A stretch of 64,000 nucleotides of DNA from assembly GCA_963845185.1 (NCBI GenBank), contig CAWJRG010000001.1:192001-256000 (forward strand). The letters run 5' to 3'. A program made the position numbers and the translations under genes. The notes below the pieces were generated by a model. The model worked only from the letters and a program-made list of their open reading frames with translations. It was not told the origin of the DNA and ran no database searches. Positions 62,476 to 64,000 of the stretch are shown piece after piece (the first letter of the stretch is position 1; each line of letters starts with the position of its first letter). Source of the DNA: an uncultured bacterium (lineage in GTDB: Bacteria > Oederibacteriota > PGYV01 > CAWJRG01).

Positions 62476-63451
62476 TCTTCAACGCCTCTTTTAATTCGTC
62501 AGGCGAGACAGTGGCGACGCCCCTCTTCATTACTACAATCCCCCCGCCGATATTTGCAATAAAAGCCGAGTCATATAGCGAGGCCCCGCATGCAAGGCCC
62601 GCGGCTATAATTGAAGAAACCGTGTCGCCCGCGCCTGACACATCAACTATTTCGTCGCTTCCGAAAGCCTGTATTTTCTCAACATTCTTTTTTTCAAATA
62701 CAAGCATGCCCTTGCTGCCCCTTGTTATTATCATGCCTTTGGATTTTACCAGTTTCATAAGTTCGAAACCTATTTTTTTGACATTCTCCTCCTCGTATTC
62801 CTCTATATTGACCAGCGGGCCCGCCTCGGTTTCGTTCGGGGTTCCTGTTGTTATGTACTGAAATTTAAAAAGGTTGTGCCGGGAATCGACGACTATATTC
62901 TTGCCTTTCTTGCCGAGCCCGTTGATAACTTCAATCATGGCATCGGTTATGATCCCGCCGCCGTAATCGGAAACAAGTATCGCGTCTGTTTCCTCTGCCA
63001 GTTTTTTAATGTATGCAATGATTTGTTTTTCTATATCACCGGACAGCTGCCTTATATGGTATTTATCAACCCTCACTACCTGCTGTTTTGCCGTATGCAC
63101 GCTGCCTGCCATTATTCTTGTCTTTACGGGAAGCATGTATTTCTCGTCCCTCAGGATATACCTTATATCCACTTTTTTCCGGTTGATTATATCCAGCAGT
63201 ATATCTGAAAAACCGTCGTCTCCGACCAGGGACACCGGCACGGGCTCTGCTCCTATGTCTTTTATGTTTAAGATGGGGTTTGCCCCGCCTCCGGCCAGGT
63301 ATGTGCTCTGCCTGTATTTTAAAATAAGCACCGGCGCCTCGCGCGAAATTCTTTCTGTCTCCCCGTAAATGTACTCGTCGAGAATAAAATCCCCGAGCAC
63401 AAGTATTCTTTTGCCTTTGAACTGGTCAATAAGATTCAGATATTTATCCAT
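62462..63451 (-). CDS. Second HldE-domain-I-like PfkB kinase
   Basis: GDFILDEY, RISREAPV, GGGAN, SDYG.G, DVSGAGDT; start re-placed at ATG 63451 after AGGAG. Confidence 0.88.
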   Translation of the reverse strand: MDKYLNLIDQFKGKRILVLGDFILDEYIYGETERISREAPVLILKYRQSTYLAGGGANPILNIKDIGAEPVPVSLVGDDGFSDILLDIINRKKVDIRYILRDEKYMLPVKTRIMAGSVHTAKQQVVRVDKYHIRQLSGDIEKQIIAYIKKLAEETDAILVSDYGGGIITDAMIEVINGLGKKGKNIVVDSRHNLFKFQYITTGTPNETEAGPLVNIEEYEEENVKKIGFELMKLVKSKGMIITRGSKGMLVFEKKNVEKIQAFGSDEIVDVSGAGDTVSSIIAAGLACGASLYDSAFIANIGGGIVVMKRGVATVSPDELKEALKNVKA

Positions 63452-63483
63452 GTCTTTCACTCCTGTAATTTTAGAATTTTTCA

Positions 63484-63560
63484 AGTTTCTTAGTTTCTTG
63501 GTCTCTGTGTCTCTAGTTTCCAATTAAACTAAGAAACCCAGAGACTGAGAAACTCAGAAA
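63484..63560. repeat. Inverted pair of 8-bp-period tandem repeats
   Basis: tttcttag tttcttgg tctctgtg tctctag / aaactaag aaacccag agactgag aaactcag. Confidence 0.55.
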
Positions 63561-63569
63561 CATGCTGTA

Positions 63570-64000
63570 TCAAGTTTTATTAATAATCCACTCCGCCGCA
63601 TCCAGCATATCATCCGCTGTATAATCCGGTTTTACCTTCTGCTTTTTAATGAGCTTTCTTTCTTCTTTTCCAAACCCGGTTAATACAAGTATGCCTTTCA
63701 TTCCGCTGTTTTTGGCAAGCTGTATATCAGTAAGCTTGTCGCCTATCACAAAGCTTTTTTTTAGGTCAATATTAAACCTGTTTTTCGCCTTCATAACCAT
63801 GCCTGTTTTCGGTTTCCTGCAATCACAGTTTTTATAATACCTTTTAACCACTACATTCCTAATATGATGCGGGCAGTAATAAAAAGCTTTTATTTTAACT
63901 CCGTATTTTTTCAATAAGCCGCTGATATATTTATGCGTTTTTTTAACAAAATCCTCGATAAAATAACCCCTTGCCACGCCGGATTGGTTTGAAATAACAA
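63570..64000 (-). CDS. gmhB: Heptose 1,7-bisphosphate phosphatase (5' end outside window)
   Basis: SNQSGVARGY, YYCPHH, CDCRKPKTGM, IGDKLTD, LVLTGFG. Confidence 0.9.
   Translation of the reverse strand, partial: VISNQSGVARGYFIEDFVKKTHKYISGLLKKYGVKIKAFYYCPHHIRNVVVKRYYKNCDCRKPKTGMVMKAKNRFNIDLKKSFVIGDKLTDIQLAKNSGMKGILVLTGFGKEERKLIKKQKVKPDYTADDMLDAAEWIINKT

Noticed and set aside
1..64000. rRNA, tRNA or prophage genes
   Set aside because: No cloverleaf, rRNA-like tract or phage structural genes recognised by eye

Overview
Bacterial chromosomal window from a diderm, probably anaerobic organism (LPS/Kdo/ADP-heptose genes, 2-oxoacid:ferredoxin oxidoreductase). The Thr-rich surface proteins with FlgD-Ig-like tails recall Goldbacteria/Firestonebacteria-type lineages, but that is inference only. 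Most genes are on the minus strand. Housekeeping content: ribokinase-transketolase fusion plus transketolase C-subunit, ManC/ManB-type fusion, two-component pair, purN, VOR/KOR-type operon, TatT-containing TRAP transporter, CoA activase, tldD, rnhA, kdsA/pyrG/kdsB and a heptose cluster with duplicated HldE halves. The accessory content is the interesting part. (1) A plus-strand array of seven paralogous predicted outer-membrane beta-barrels, whose last members are separated by GTAG-type REP palindromes and which ends at a REP-associated tyrosine transposase (RAYT) carrying a REP in frame inside its own ORF. (2) Two apparently identical, inverted IS1182-family elements, both inserted at the centre of that REP. 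(3) Two toxin-antitoxin-like modules, each bracketed by direct repeats. (4) A three-copy covarying double-hairpin element. (5) A giant signal-peptide-less protein with a HicB-like N-terminus, a beta-propeller and ten ~100-aa repeats, split by a frameshift. No rRNA, tRNA or CRISPR array was seen. All calls are by eye from motifs; no searches were run.
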